Assembly (NCBI GenBank): GCA_964600785.1
Contig: CAZRKH010000010.1
Location: 23,393-87,392, forward strand
Direction of reading: 5' to 3'
DNA: 64,000 bases
From: an uncultured Chitinophagaceae bacterium
GTDB taxonomy: Bacteria; Planctomycetota; Planctomycetia; Pirellulales; UBA1268
In this document: in pieces, positions 35,690-44,419 of the stretch
Position numbering within the stretch: the first letter of the stretch is position 1
Layout of the letters: each line of letters starts with the position of its first letter
The notes under the pieces: model-generated
Database searches by the model: none
The model's input: the letters and a program-made list of their open reading frames with translations, nothing else
Told to the model about the DNA's origin: nothing
Position numbers and translations under genes: made by a program

Positions 35690-38600
35690 TGCCCGACCAC
35701 GGCGACGTGGGGCGGTCTTTTCGCTTGCCGGCCTGGCGGTGCTTGCCACGGTTGGCTGGTTTGCCCCGCAGGTGGCGGTGCTCACCGGCCTGCGGGACCG
35801 GCCGCTCGCCGCGGTGGTCGCGGGGATCGACGGGTCGATTGCGAGCGGGTCGGCGAGCTGGGCCTGGCTCGGCCCGATCGAATACCGGCATCTCGTGCTG
35901 CGGGATTGTGACGGGCGGGCGGTCGCTGCGGTCGATACCGCCCGGCTCGACCGGGGACTCTTGGGCCTCGCCTGGGATATCGCCTTCGGCCCGGCGAGGC
36001 GGACCCGCCTGAGCCTCTCCGGTGTCGCGGTGGTGGTGACGGTCGAGCCCGGGCAAAGCAGTCTCGAGCAGCTACTCGCCAGCCGCCTCGCCAGGCCGCC
36101 CCGAGACGAGGCCGACATCGCGGCTGACGTCGCGGCAGAGATCGAGATCGAACTGACCGATGCGGTTGCTCTGCTTTGCGACGCATCGCGTGGCGACGCC
36201 TGGCTGGTCGAGAGAATCGCCGCCGGCGGCGTCGTTCGAGGCGGCGGGCTCGACGACTGGACGCTCGCCGGCCGGGTCTCGCATGCCGGTCGGCTGCCAG
36301 AGCCTGTCGACGCGGTGTCGCTGCTGGAGGGGATGGGCAGGGCTGAAGGTTCGTCGGGCAGCGTTGCCGCCGCCGCGACGGCGGTGCTGGCCCGCCAAGG
36401 GGGTTTTTCCGTGGCCGCCTCCGGCGGTGAAAACGGCTCCGGCGGGATCAGTCTGGCGACCCATCGCCTGCCGATGGGGATCTCGAGCGTGGCCGCCACC
36501 CGACTTGGCTGGCCGAGCGTCATCGACGGGCTGGCCGACATGCGGCTCGACTTACGGCCAATGAATGAGGGAGCAGGCTGGCGGGTCGAGGGGATCGTCG
36601 AGGCTGTGCAGGTGGCGGTCTGCGATGCCCGGACGCTGGCGGAGCGGCTCGCGATCGCGACGCTGCGGATGCCGATCGACTGCTCGACCGACGGACGCAG
36701 TCTGGCCATCCGTCGCCTCTCGGCGGACGGCGAGATCTTCACACTCCAGGCACGCGGGCGGATCCCGCTTGCCGGAGCGACCGCGTGGGACTGGCTCGAG
36801 CGGGCGATCGACGCCGACTTCGAGTTCTCCGGCGAGGTCGACCTCGCCGCGGCCTCAAAGGCCCGTCCCGGTGGGCTCGAACTGCGGCCCGATGTGCGGG
36901 TCACCGCGGGCAGGATGCGGTTTGCCGGCGCCTCCCGCGGCGATGGCACAGGGCGGATGCTCGAGCTGCGGCTCGACTCGCAGGGGCTCGAGGCGACCCA
37001 GGGAACCCGCCAGCTGAAATGGAAAGAACCCTTCTCCGCATGGCTCAAGGGGGTTCGCGGGGACTCCGGCCTGCGGATCGACGAGGCACGACTCACCGCG
37101 GCAGCCATCGAGGCGGCGGTCAGTGGCAACAGGGAGGCCACCCGACTGGAATGGTCGGCTGATCTCGACCGGCTTGCCGAGGATCTCGGCGATGTGCTCG
37201 ACCTCGCCGGGATCTCCTTTGCGGGCCGTTCGCGTGGCATCGCCCGTTTCAGCCATGGCGATGGGTCTGCGGCCACCGCGGTGATGGTTTCGGGGAGCGT
37301 TGATGATTTCCTGCTCGAACTCCCGGGCCGTCCCCGGTGGGAGGATCGCCAGCTCGCTCTCGAAGGAACCGGCATCGGCCGCATCGCTGCCGGCGGGTTC
37401 GCCGTGGAGGAGGGGCATCTCGCGATCGAGGCAGGCGGCGATACCGCCGAAGTGACGCTTGCCGGCGGAGCCGCGGTGGTGCCGCTCGGCGGGTCGGGCG
37501 TGGTGCCTGCATTGGCAGAAAAGAATTTTTCGGCCGATCTGACCGTGGCCGGCGACCTCGGACGATGGCAGGCGAGGCTGGCGGGGCTTGCGGGTGAAGC
37601 CTTCGGCAGCCCGGTGCTCGCCGGAAGCGGCACATGCCAGGCGACCGTCGGCCGGCAAGGGGAAGTCTGGCAGGTGACGCGAGCCGGTGGCGAACTGACC
37701 GACCTGCTCGTCACGCTTCCCGACGGCCGCAGGATTGATGAGCCGCGGGTGGTGGCCAACCTTGCCGGCGTGGTGCATCCACTGACCGGGCAGGTCGATG
37801 TATCGTCGGCGGAGATCCTCTCCGCGACCGTCTCGTTTCGCAGTAGCGGGCTGGTGATCCTGCCGGCGGCCCAGCCGGGTGAGCCGTCTGCCGACGGGCT
37901 CATCCCGCGGTTTCGCGGTGGCGGGCAGTGGCAGGCCGATGTGGGCCGGCTCGAGCGGTGGCTCCTGCCGCCGCTCTCGGCGGCAAGCTGGCCGGTGGCC
38001 GGGCGAGTCTGGGGAACGGCCGAGGTTGCGGAGGCGGGCGGCGGTGTGAACTTTCGCCTGGCGGCCACGGGCAACGACCTGGTGCTCTCGAGCGTTCCGG
38101 CGGCTGCGGCACTGGGCATCGGATCAGGGGTGCGGCCGCGGGAGGTCTGGCGGGAGCCGCGGGCCGAGTTCGTGCTCGAGCTGACCCGCCTGCCCGATGC
38201 CGCGATGGACCGAATGGTGATCGATGCGATCAGGCTCGTCTCCTCCACGGCCACCCTCGAGGCCGCCGGTGAAATCCGCGAGCCGACCGGCCGCGGCTTT
38301 GTCGAACTTGCCGGCACGGTGCGGTATGACTGGGATTCGCTCTCGCGGCTGGCGACCCCTTGGACCGGCGGACGGGTTCGCCTGGCCGGCGGAGGCAATC
38401 GGCCCTTCGCCTTCCGCGGGCCGCTGCGTGCGGCGGGTCGGTCGGGAAGCTCGCCGCAGCTGGCAGCCGCGGCCGATCAGCCCGCGACGGCTGCAGCGGG
38501 CGTGGCGGGCATCGACCTGTCCGACGATTGGCTTGCCGCGGCCCGGGGCGTGGGTCCGCCCGGCTCGCCGCCGCGATCGGTGGCCGCCTCGCCGGTGTCG

Positions 38601-39542
38601 GTGCGGCCAGAAGGACCTGGCGGAAAAATGGCCGGCGGCCCGGGAGCATGGCTGCAGGGATTTTCACTGGAGACGACCGTCGGCTGGCAGGCGGCCGATC
38701 TCTTCGGCCTGCCGGTCGAGGCCGGCAGTCTTCCGGTTCGCCTGCTCGACGGGCAACTCGCCTTTGGTCCCTTCGACCTGGGCGTGTCGGGTGGCCGGGT
38801 GCGAGGCACGCCCTGGCTGCGGCTGACGGCTTCGCCGGCGGAACTGGTGATTCCCCCCGGCCGGCTCGCGGAGCGGATCGATCTCTCCCAGGGCATGGCC
38901 TCGCGGCTGCTGGCTTGGATCGAGCCGTTGCTTGGCAATGCCACTCGCACCACAGGTCGGATGAGCATCGACGTCGCCGGCGGTCGTCTGCCACTGGATG
39001 ATCCCTTCGGTGGCGAGGCGGCAGGACAGGTTGTCTTCGAGGAACTCGAGGTGACTCCGGGCGCCGGGGTGCAGCCGCTGGTGGCAATCGTCTCGCGACT
39101 GCAGGGCCTGCTCGACCCGCGTTTCGGGATCGGTGAGAAGTTGGTGTTGATGCGGGTGCGGCCCGAGCCGGTGCGGTTGCAGCTGTCCGGCCGGAGGATC
39201 TGGCATGAGGGACTGGTGATGGATATGGGGCAGATGATGGCCAGGACACGCGGCAGCGTCGCTTCCGACGGGACGCTGGCGATGGAGATGGAGCTGGCCT
39301 TCCGGGGCGACATCGCCGGTCAGACCCCGGTGGTGGCGACGCTCCTGCGAACACCGATCACGATCCCCGTCCGCGGCACCATCGAGCGGCCGCAGTTCGA
39401 CGCCGCCTCGATCGATCGCATCTTCCAGCGGATCGCAGAAAACACCGCCCAGGCGGTGATCGGCGAGGGACTCAACCGCGGTCTCGAGGCCCTCTTCGGC
39501 AATCCACAGCCGCCCCGCCCGCCGGCACCGCCGCCGCGGTGA
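35649..39542 (+). CDS. Large N-terminally anchored envelope protein, AsmA/TamB-like (function hypothetical)
   Basis: 1297 aa. Arg-rich N-terminus followed by a TM segment (AVFSLAGLAVLATVGWFAP). Long beta-rich sequence with normal composition, in contrast to the antisense shadow ORF. The AsmA/TamB assignment is by architecture only. Confidence 0.7.
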   Translation: MAGMARERRRTRSDARPRRRGAVFSLAGLAVLATVGWFAPQVAVLTGLRDRPLAAVVAGIDGSIASGSASWAWLGPIEYRHLVLRDCDGRAVAAVDTARLDRGLLGLAWDIAFGPARRTRLSLSGVAVVVTVEPGQSSLEQLLASRLARPPRDEADIAADVAAEIEIELTDAVALLCDASRGDAWLVERIAAGGVVRGGGLDDWTLAGRVSHAGRLPEPVDAVSLLEGMGRAEGSSGSVAAAATAVLARQGGFSVAASGGENGSGGISLATHRLPMGISSVAATRLGWPSVIDGLADMRLDLRPMNEGAGWRVEGIVEAVQVAVCDARTLAERLAIATLRMPIDCSTDGRSLAIRRLSADGEIFTLQARGRIPLAGATAWDWLERAIDADFEFSGEVDLAAASKARPGGLELRPDVRVTAGRMRFAGASRGDGTGRMLELRLDSQGLEATQGTRQLKWKEPFSAWLKGVRGDSGLRIDEARLTAAAIEAAVSGNREATRLEWSADLDRLAEDLGDVLDLAGISFAGRSRGIARFSHGDGSAATAVMVSGSVDDFLLELPGRPRWEDRQLALEGTGIGRIAAGGFAVEEGHLAIEAGGDTAEVTLAGGAAVVPLGGSGVVPALAEKNFSADLTVAGDLGRWQARLAGLAGEAFGSPVLAGSGTCQATVGRQGEVWQVTRAGGELTDLLVTLPDGRRIDEPRVVANLAGVVHPLTGQVDVSSAEILSATVSFRSSGLVILPAAQPGEPSADGLIPRFRGGGQWQADVGRLERWLLPPLSAASWPVAGRVWGTAEVAEAGGGVNFRLAATGNDLVLSSVPAAAALGIGSGVRPREVWREPRAEFVLELTRLPDAAMDRMVIDAIRLVSSTATLEAAGEIREPTGRGFVELAGTVRYDWDSLSRLATPWTGGRVRLAGGGNRPFAFRGPLRAAGRSGSSPQLAAAADQPATAAAGVAGIDLSDDWLAAARGVGPPGSPPRSVAASPVSVRPEGPGGKMAGGPGAWLQGFSLETTVGWQAADLFGLPVEAGSLPVRLLDGQLAFGPFDLGVSGGRVRGTPWLRLTASPAELVIPPGRLAERIDLSQGMASRLLAWIEPLLGNATRTTGRMSIDVAGGRLPLDDPFGGEAAGQVVFEELEVTPGAGVQPLVAIVSRLQGLLDPRFGIGEKLVLMRVRPEPVRLQLSGRRIWHEGLVMDMGQMMARTRGSVASDGTLAMEMELAFRGDIAGQTPVVATLLRTPITIPVRGTIERPQFDAASIDRIFQRIAENTAQAVIGEGLNRGLEALFGNPQPPRPPAPPPR

Positions 39543-40908
39543 TGCCCGCAGTTCCTCGGTGCCGAGATCGCAGACGCCGGTCGAGGCCGGCGATCAGCCG
39601 CTGGAGCTCCCGCCGGTAGCCGTGGTGCTCGACCTCCAGCCGATGCCGTGGGGAATCGACGTAGCGGATCGGCCCGGCCCGCCGGGGCCGGCGTTTCATG
39701 CGGTAGAGCCAGGCGGCCGCCCGCGGGCTCCTTCGCGCGGCCACCGCCATCCGTGCCACGAGCTGGCCCTGCAGGTCGGTCAGCCCCCACTGCCCGCTGT
39801 CGGGCTGGATCAGGCCCACGCAGGCGAGGTCGTTCCGCGAGGGGTGGAGCATGTTGAGATACAACTCCGGCTGAAGATCCTCCCGCTCTCCGCTGCGGTC
39901 GCAAAGGAAGGCCGGGTCGATGAAGGGGATCGCCGTGCGGTAGCCGGTGGCGAAGATCACGATGTCCAGCGGCTCCCGTTGACCGTCGGCGAAGACCGCC
40001 AGGTCCCCCTCGAAGCGGTGAACGTCGCCGGTCGGCGTGATCCGGCCGGCGGTGATGCGGCTGTAGAGTTCACCGTTGATCACCGGGTGGGTCTCCCAGA
40101 GACGGTGGTCGGGGGCGGGCAGGCCGTGGCGGTGTGGCAGCCCGATCGCCCGATCGATCAATCGCAGGGCCACCAGCCGTCTCAGCCAGGTCGGCAGGCC
40201 CATCTTCAAGAGCCGCTCGCCACGCAGGTCGGCCGGCCGACCCATCACCATCCGAGGCACCACGTGGTAGCCGCGGCGGGTCGAGTGGAAGGTGGCCGCG
40301 GCGTGTCGCGAGACCTCGACGGCGATGTCACAGCCGGAATTGCCTCCGCCAACGACCAGCACCCGCCGGCCCGACACGGCCAGCGGAACCTCCGGGGACT
40401 TATAGTCGGCCGCGTGCAGGATCCTGCCGGAGAAGTGGCCGGGGACGGAGGGCACACGCGGGGCATGATTGTGGCCGCTTGCGATCACGATCCCCGCGTA
40501 TCGCCGCGTCGGGCCGCCGCGACGGTGCACGATCCAGCCACCCCCGCCGCGAGCCGCCTCGGCCGGCTCAACCCGCTCGACCTCGACTCCGGTTTCGATG
40601 TGCCGTCCGAGGTCGAAGCGGCGGGCGTAGGCCCGCAGGTATTCAAGACAATCGCGGTGGCCGGGGTGGTGGGGAAGATGGCGGGGCATCTTGAAGTCGG
40701 TGTATTCGGTGAGAGACTTCGAACTGATCAGCCGCGTCGAGGCGAGGATCCGCGAGGAACCCGCCCCGAAGAGCCAGTTGCCTCCGAGGTCGCCCTCCCG
40801 CTCGAGGCATGTCGCCGGCAGGCCGAGGGTCCGCAGGTTTTTCAGGGCCGTGAGCCCCGAGGGCCCCGCCCCGATCACGCACCAGGCGTCGGCAGGCTCG
40901 TCGTGCAT
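39472..40908 (-). CDS. Flavin-containing monooxygenase (class B, FMO-like)
   Basis: CVIGAGPSGL (FAD motif), GDLGGNW, FSGRILHAADYK, VLVVGGGNSGCDIAVE (NADPH motif). The start shares one nucleotide with the bioF stop (TGATG). Confidence 0.8.
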   Translation of the reverse strand: MHDEPADAWCVIGAGPSGLTALKNLRTLGLPATCLEREGDLGGNWLFGAGSSRILASTRLISSKSLTEYTDFKMPRHLPHHPGHRDCLEYLRAYARRFDLGRHIETGVEVERVEPAEAARGGGGWIVHRRGGPTRRYAGIVIASGHNHAPRVPSVPGHFSGRILHAADYKSPEVPLAVSGRRVLVVGGGNSGCDIAVEVSRHAAATFHSTRRGYHVVPRMVMGRPADLRGERLLKMGLPTWLRRLVALRLIDRAIGLPHRHGLPAPDHRLWETHPVINGELYSRITAGRITPTGDVHRFEGDLAVFADGQREPLDIVIFATGYRTAIPFIDPAFLCDRSGEREDLQPELYLNMLHPSRNDLACVGLIQPDSGQWGLTDLQGQLVARMAVAARRSPRAAAWLYRMKRRPRRAGPIRYVDSPRHRLEVEHHGYRRELQRLIAGLDRRLRSRHRGTAGITAAAVPAGGAAVDCRRGPRDRG

Positions 40909-42119
40909 CAGGCATCCCCCAGCAGGTCGGCCAGCCGCGAGAGGTCGTCGTCGGTGTGGTGCCAGGCAAGGCTCGCTCGCACGAGGCTGCGGCCTTCCGG
41001 CACGCTCGGCGGCCGGATCGCGGGCACAAAAAAGCCTTCCTCGAAAAGTTTTGCGGCGAGGGCCACCGCCGCCTCGGGCGGACCGGCGATGACCGGCACA
41101 ATCTGGCCGGCAATGTTCGACATCGCGTGGCCGGCGGCTGCGAGCCGCTCCCGGAAGCCGGCAGCCCTGTCGCGAAGTTCGGCACGGCGGTGCGGCTCCT
41201 CGGCAAGCAGCCCGATCGCCCGCGTCGCCGCTGCGGCCACGCCCGGCGGGTGGGCGGTGGAGAAGACCCAGGCCCTCGCCGCATGCCGCAGCCAGTCGGT
41301 GAGTGCCGCGGGGCCCGCCACGAACCCGCCCGCGGCACCGAGGGCCTTCGAGAGAGTGCCGACGCGAATCTGCACGCCGTCGCCGCAGCCGGCCTCCTCG
41401 ACGAGCCCGCTGCCCTTGTCGCCGAAGACTCCCGTGGCATGGGCCTCGTCGACCATGAGCATCGCCCCATGCCGATCGGCAACCTCGCAGAGGTCGGCCA
41501 GCGGTGCGGCGGTGCCGTCCATCGAGAACAGCGAGTCGGTCACGATCAGGCGTCGGCGGGCGTGTGTTCCGGCGAGCAGTCGCTCGAGGGCCGCGACATC
41601 GCGATGCGGGTAGACCGCCACGCTCGCCCGCGACAGCCGGCAGCCGTCGATGATGCTCGCGTGGTTTCGCTGATCGCTGGCGACGAAGTCTCCCGGGCCG
41701 ACGACCGCTGGAATCGTGCCGGTGTTGGCGGCGAAGCCACTGGGAAAGACGATCGCCGCCTCGACATCGAGCAGGTCGGCGATCGCGCGCTCGAGGGCGA
41801 CATGGGCCCGCGACTGCCCGCTGACCAGGGGGCTGGCCGCCGCCCCGAATCCTTCGGCACAGCCCCCCTTCGAAGAGGCCCGGGTCAGGCGAACATCACC
41901 GGCGTAGCCGAGGTAGTCGTTGCTGCCGAGATTCACCAGACGTCGGCCCGCGAGGAGTACCTCGCGGCCCTGACGACCCTCGCGAACGCGTGGCTCCCGC
42001 CAGAGCCCGGCGGTCTGCAGTTGCTGTGAGGCCTCAGTGATCCAGGTCAGCGAGGGTGGCAGCGAGCCGCGCGACTCTCGCGGGGTGGTGGGCGCGGCTG
42101 ACTCGATTCGGCAGGGCAT
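40908..42119 (-). CDS. bioF: 8-amino-7-oxononanoate synthase (alpha-oxoamine synthase family)
   Basis: LGSNDYLGY, FPSGFAANTG, SDQRNHASIIDG, DSLFSMDGTAAPL, VDEAHATGVFG, GTLSKALG (PLP lysine), FSTAHPP. Confidence 0.8.
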   Translation of the reverse strand: MPCRIESAAPTTPRESRGSLPPSLTWITEASQQLQTAGLWREPRVREGRQGREVLLAGRRLVNLGSNDYLGYAGDVRLTRASSKGGCAEGFGAAASPLVSGQSRAHVALERAIADLLDVEAAIVFPSGFAANTGTIPAVVGPGDFVASDQRNHASIIDGCRLSRASVAVYPHRDVAALERLLAGTHARRRLIVTDSLFSMDGTAAPLADLCEVADRHGAMLMVDEAHATGVFGDKGSGLVEEAGCGDGVQIRVGTLSKALGAAGGFVAGPAALTDWLRHAARAWVFSTAHPPGVAAAATRAIGLLAEEPHRRAELRDRAAGFRERLAAAGHAMSNIAGQIVPVIAGPPEAAVALAAKLFEEGFFVPAIRPPSVPEGRSLVRASLAWHHTDDDLSRLADLLGDA

Positions 42120-42126
42120 GAGCTGA

Positions 42127-42609
42127 TTATGCCCGCTTTCCGCCGGAGGATTTCCCCGCCAGCCGCTCGATTGTGCGAAACTCCCCGGCGGTCACCGGCG
42201 TCACCGACAGCCGGCTGCCGCGGCGGAGCAGTTCCATGCCGGCAAGAGCCTTCACGCCCCGCAGTTCTTCCAGCGGAATCTCCCGCGGAAAGACCCGCAC
42301 GAGTTTGACGTCGACCATCGACCAGATCGGGTTCTCGGGCGTCGCCTTGGGGTCGTGGTACTTGCTTTCGGGATCGAGGGAAGAGGTGTCGGCGTAGGCC
42401 TCGCGGACCACCTCGGCGATACCGACCGCTGCCGGGGGCTGGGCATTGGAGTGATAGAAGATGCAGCGATCGCCCTTTTTCATCTCCCGCAGGAAGTTGC
42501 GGGCCTGGTAGTTCCGCACGCCGTCCCAGCAGGTGGTTTTCCGCGGGGATTTGGCGAGATCCTGGATCGAGAAGGTCGTCGGTTCACTCTTGATCAGCCA
42601 GTAGTGCAT
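42127..42609 (-). CDS. EVE (PUA-like) domain protein
   Basis: MHYWLIKSEPTTFSIQDL...WDGVRNYQARNFLREMKKGDRCIFYHSN...VGIAEVVREAY. Start set at ATG 42609. Confidence 0.85.
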   Translation of the reverse strand: MHYWLIKSEPTTFSIQDLAKSPRKTTCWDGVRNYQARNFLREMKKGDRCIFYHSNAQPPAAVGIAEVVREAYADTSSLDPESKYHDPKATPENPIWSMVDVKLVRVFPREIPLEELRGVKALAGMELLRRGSRLSVTPVTAGEFRTIERLAGKSSGGKRA

Positions 42610-42778
42610 CGCCGTGTTCCTCGGTGTTCCCAGCTTTTGCAGGTTATCCACCTTCTGCAATCGGGAAAAGCCTCACAATCCGCATCCCTCACGTCGATTT
42701 CGATGGTGGCGAAGTCCGGAAAAACGCCCCCGGTCACTCTCGGTTCGCCCTGGGATTCCATTCGCACCGGGAAAGGTC

Positions 42779-44368
42779 ATGCAGCGGAACTCCACGAGGC
42801 CCGTTCGATCACACTGCTACGCGGCGGTGGCGATCGCGGTCTGTTGTTTGGGCCTCACGATCGGCCATTCCGGCGCGGCCCTCGGCGACGAGGCGGTGCC
42901 CGAGGTGCCGCTTGCCGAGATCCTGCCTGAACCTGCCACCGCTGCCAAGGCGGGCACCGCCTTAGCCGACCGTGGACCAAGTCTGCCGCCGCAGGATGCG
43001 GCGACCGGCGAGGCGGCTTTCGCCCGAGAACGCGACCGGCGGGCAATCCGCGAGGCGATCCGCGATGATCCCCTCTTTCGCGAGATCATCCGCGAGGAGA
43101 CGGAGCTGGCCGTGGCCCGCCGGTTGGCGGGGATTCCCCGGCCGCGGTACATCCCTGTCAGTGACTATGCCGCACCCAAGGGTTTCGAGGTCTACGCCGC
43201 TCGCAACGGCTCCGACTTTCCGGCGGCGCTCTACCTCAACGGCTTTTTGCAGGTGCGGTGGTTTGAGTTTGCCCGGTCGGTGACGAGCTGGTCGCCCACC
43301 GCACCGATTCCCCCAAACCCCTCGCCGGTGGAACCGGTCGAGAACATCAACACCTTCGAGATCAACCGCTTTTTCATCACCTCTGAAGGCTACGTTGCCG
43401 ATGAGCGGCTGCTCTACTCGATCACCCTCTTCGGCACCACCGACTACGGCAACAATTCGGCGATCACGCCGCTGGGCTATGTGGGCTGGAAGTTCAACGA
43501 CCAGCTCACGATGCTCGGTGGCGTGACCTTTGTGGCCGGCACCCGCGAGTGGACCACCTCGAGCCGCTGGGTGATGGGGGTCGACCGCAGCATGGCCAAC
43601 ACCTTCTTCCGCCCGAGCTACTCACCGGGCGTGGAGTTCAACGGCAACTTTCTTGACGGCCAGCTCAATTGGCGGGGTGGCGTCTGGAACGCGATCGACG
43701 GTTCGCTGGCGGGCGTCAACCGCTCCGGGACGGCGATGGCCTGGGCGGGTCTGCTGACCTGGGAGCCGCTGGGGAAATTTGGTCTGGGCTATTCCGACAT
43801 GGAGGTCCACCGCGACCCTGCCGTCCGGCTGGGATGCAGCGGGGTGCACGCGCTCTCGCAGGCGGTGCTGCAGACCAACGGCAACAATCCTGAAGACACG
43901 ATCGTGCGGCTTTCCGACGGAACGCCGATTGCGGTACCGGACGCCCTTGGCCCGGGCACCCAGGTCGATCAGTTCCGGCTGCAACTTGCAAGCGTGGATG
44001 CCGGCTGGAAGTACCGCGGGATGGCTCTCAACTTCGAGTATTACTTTCGGCTGATCGACGACATCACCGGCACGGGACAGTTTCTCAGGCAGAGTCTCTT
44101 CGACCAGGGCGGGCTGGGCTATCTTTCATTCTGTATCGTGCCGCGAAGGTATGAGATTTATGGCCGATCGAGTGCGGTGACGGGCGACTACGGCACCGGG
44201 CAGGAGTATGGCGGCGGCTTCAACTGGTATCTCAAGGACAGCCGGCAGGGGAAGCTCACCCTCGAGGCGCTCTATTACAATCGCAGCCCGGCCGACAATA
44301 CGATCTACCCCTACCGCGCCGGCTTCAGCGGCACCGCGATCCAGACCCAGCTCCTGGTGATGTGGTGA
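42779..44368 (+). CDS. Putative outer-membrane porin (beta-barrel)
   Basis: Signal-like N-terminus (AAVAIAVCCLGLTIGHSGAALG). Alternating strand pattern. C-terminal GTAIQTQLLVMW ends in an aromatic residue. The similarity to OprO/P-type porins is only an impression. Confidence 0.65.
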   Translation: MQRNSTRPVRSHCYAAVAIAVCCLGLTIGHSGAALGDEAVPEVPLAEILPEPATAAKAGTALADRGPSLPPQDAATGEAAFARERDRRAIREAIRDDPLFREIIREETELAVARRLAGIPRPRYIPVSDYAAPKGFEVYAARNGSDFPAALYLNGFLQVRWFEFARSVTSWSPTAPIPPNPSPVEPVENINTFEINRFFITSEGYVADERLLYSITLFGTTDYGNNSAITPLGYVGWKFNDQLTMLGGVTFVAGTREWTTSSRWVMGVDRSMANTFFRPSYSPGVEFNGNFLDGQLNWRGGVWNAIDGSLAGVNRSGTAMAWAGLLTWEPLGKFGLGYSDMEVHRDPAVRLGCSGVHALSQAVLQTNGNNPEDTIVRLSDGTPIAVPDALGPGTQVDQFRLQLASVDAGWKYRGMALNFEYYFRLIDDITGTGQFLRQSLFDQGGLGYLSFCIVPRRYEIYGRSSAVTGDYGTGQEYGGGFNWYLKDSRQGKLTLEALYYNRSPADNTIYPYRAGFSGTAIQTQLLVMW

Positions 44369-44378
44369 AAAGAAAATA

Positions 44379-44419
44379 GGGACGGGAGCGATTTATTGCG
44401 GATAAATCGCTCCCGTCCC
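44379..44419. terminator. Perfect 18-bp hairpin flanked by A-run and T-run (bidirectional terminator-like element)
   Basis: GGGACGGGAGCGATTTAT (44379-44396), loop TGCGG, ATAAATCGCTCCCGTCCC (44402-44419). AAAAGAAAATA precedes it and CATTTTTTTGGGGGGG follows it. Lies between the convergent porin and lutC genes. Confidence 0.8.

Noticed and set aside
34793-38398. Upstream 1200 codons of the 1633-aa minus-strand ORF (33497-38398)
   Set aside because: The composition is extreme Arg/Ser/Pro/Ala (…PPPARRTRPPVQGVASRESES…), typical of an out-of-frame or antisense shadow in GC-rich DNA. It is antisense to mobA and to the well-behaved 1297-aa plus-strand protein. Only the last 431 codons (from ATG 34792) look like a real protein (UxaE-like).
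39559-41613. 684-aa plus-strand ORF, together with similar long shadows at 45172-46962, 31230-33293, 27652-29250, 21591-22745, 18048-19256, 22442-24075, 52359-53714 and 53789-54769
   Set aside because: Each is antisense to, or out of frame with, genes that have strong family motifs (FMO/bioF, lutB, AKR/FucU/TIM barrel, aminotransferase, EBP, lpxD, the outer-membrane protein, BVMO, GT4). All have the R/P/G/A-rich shadow composition.
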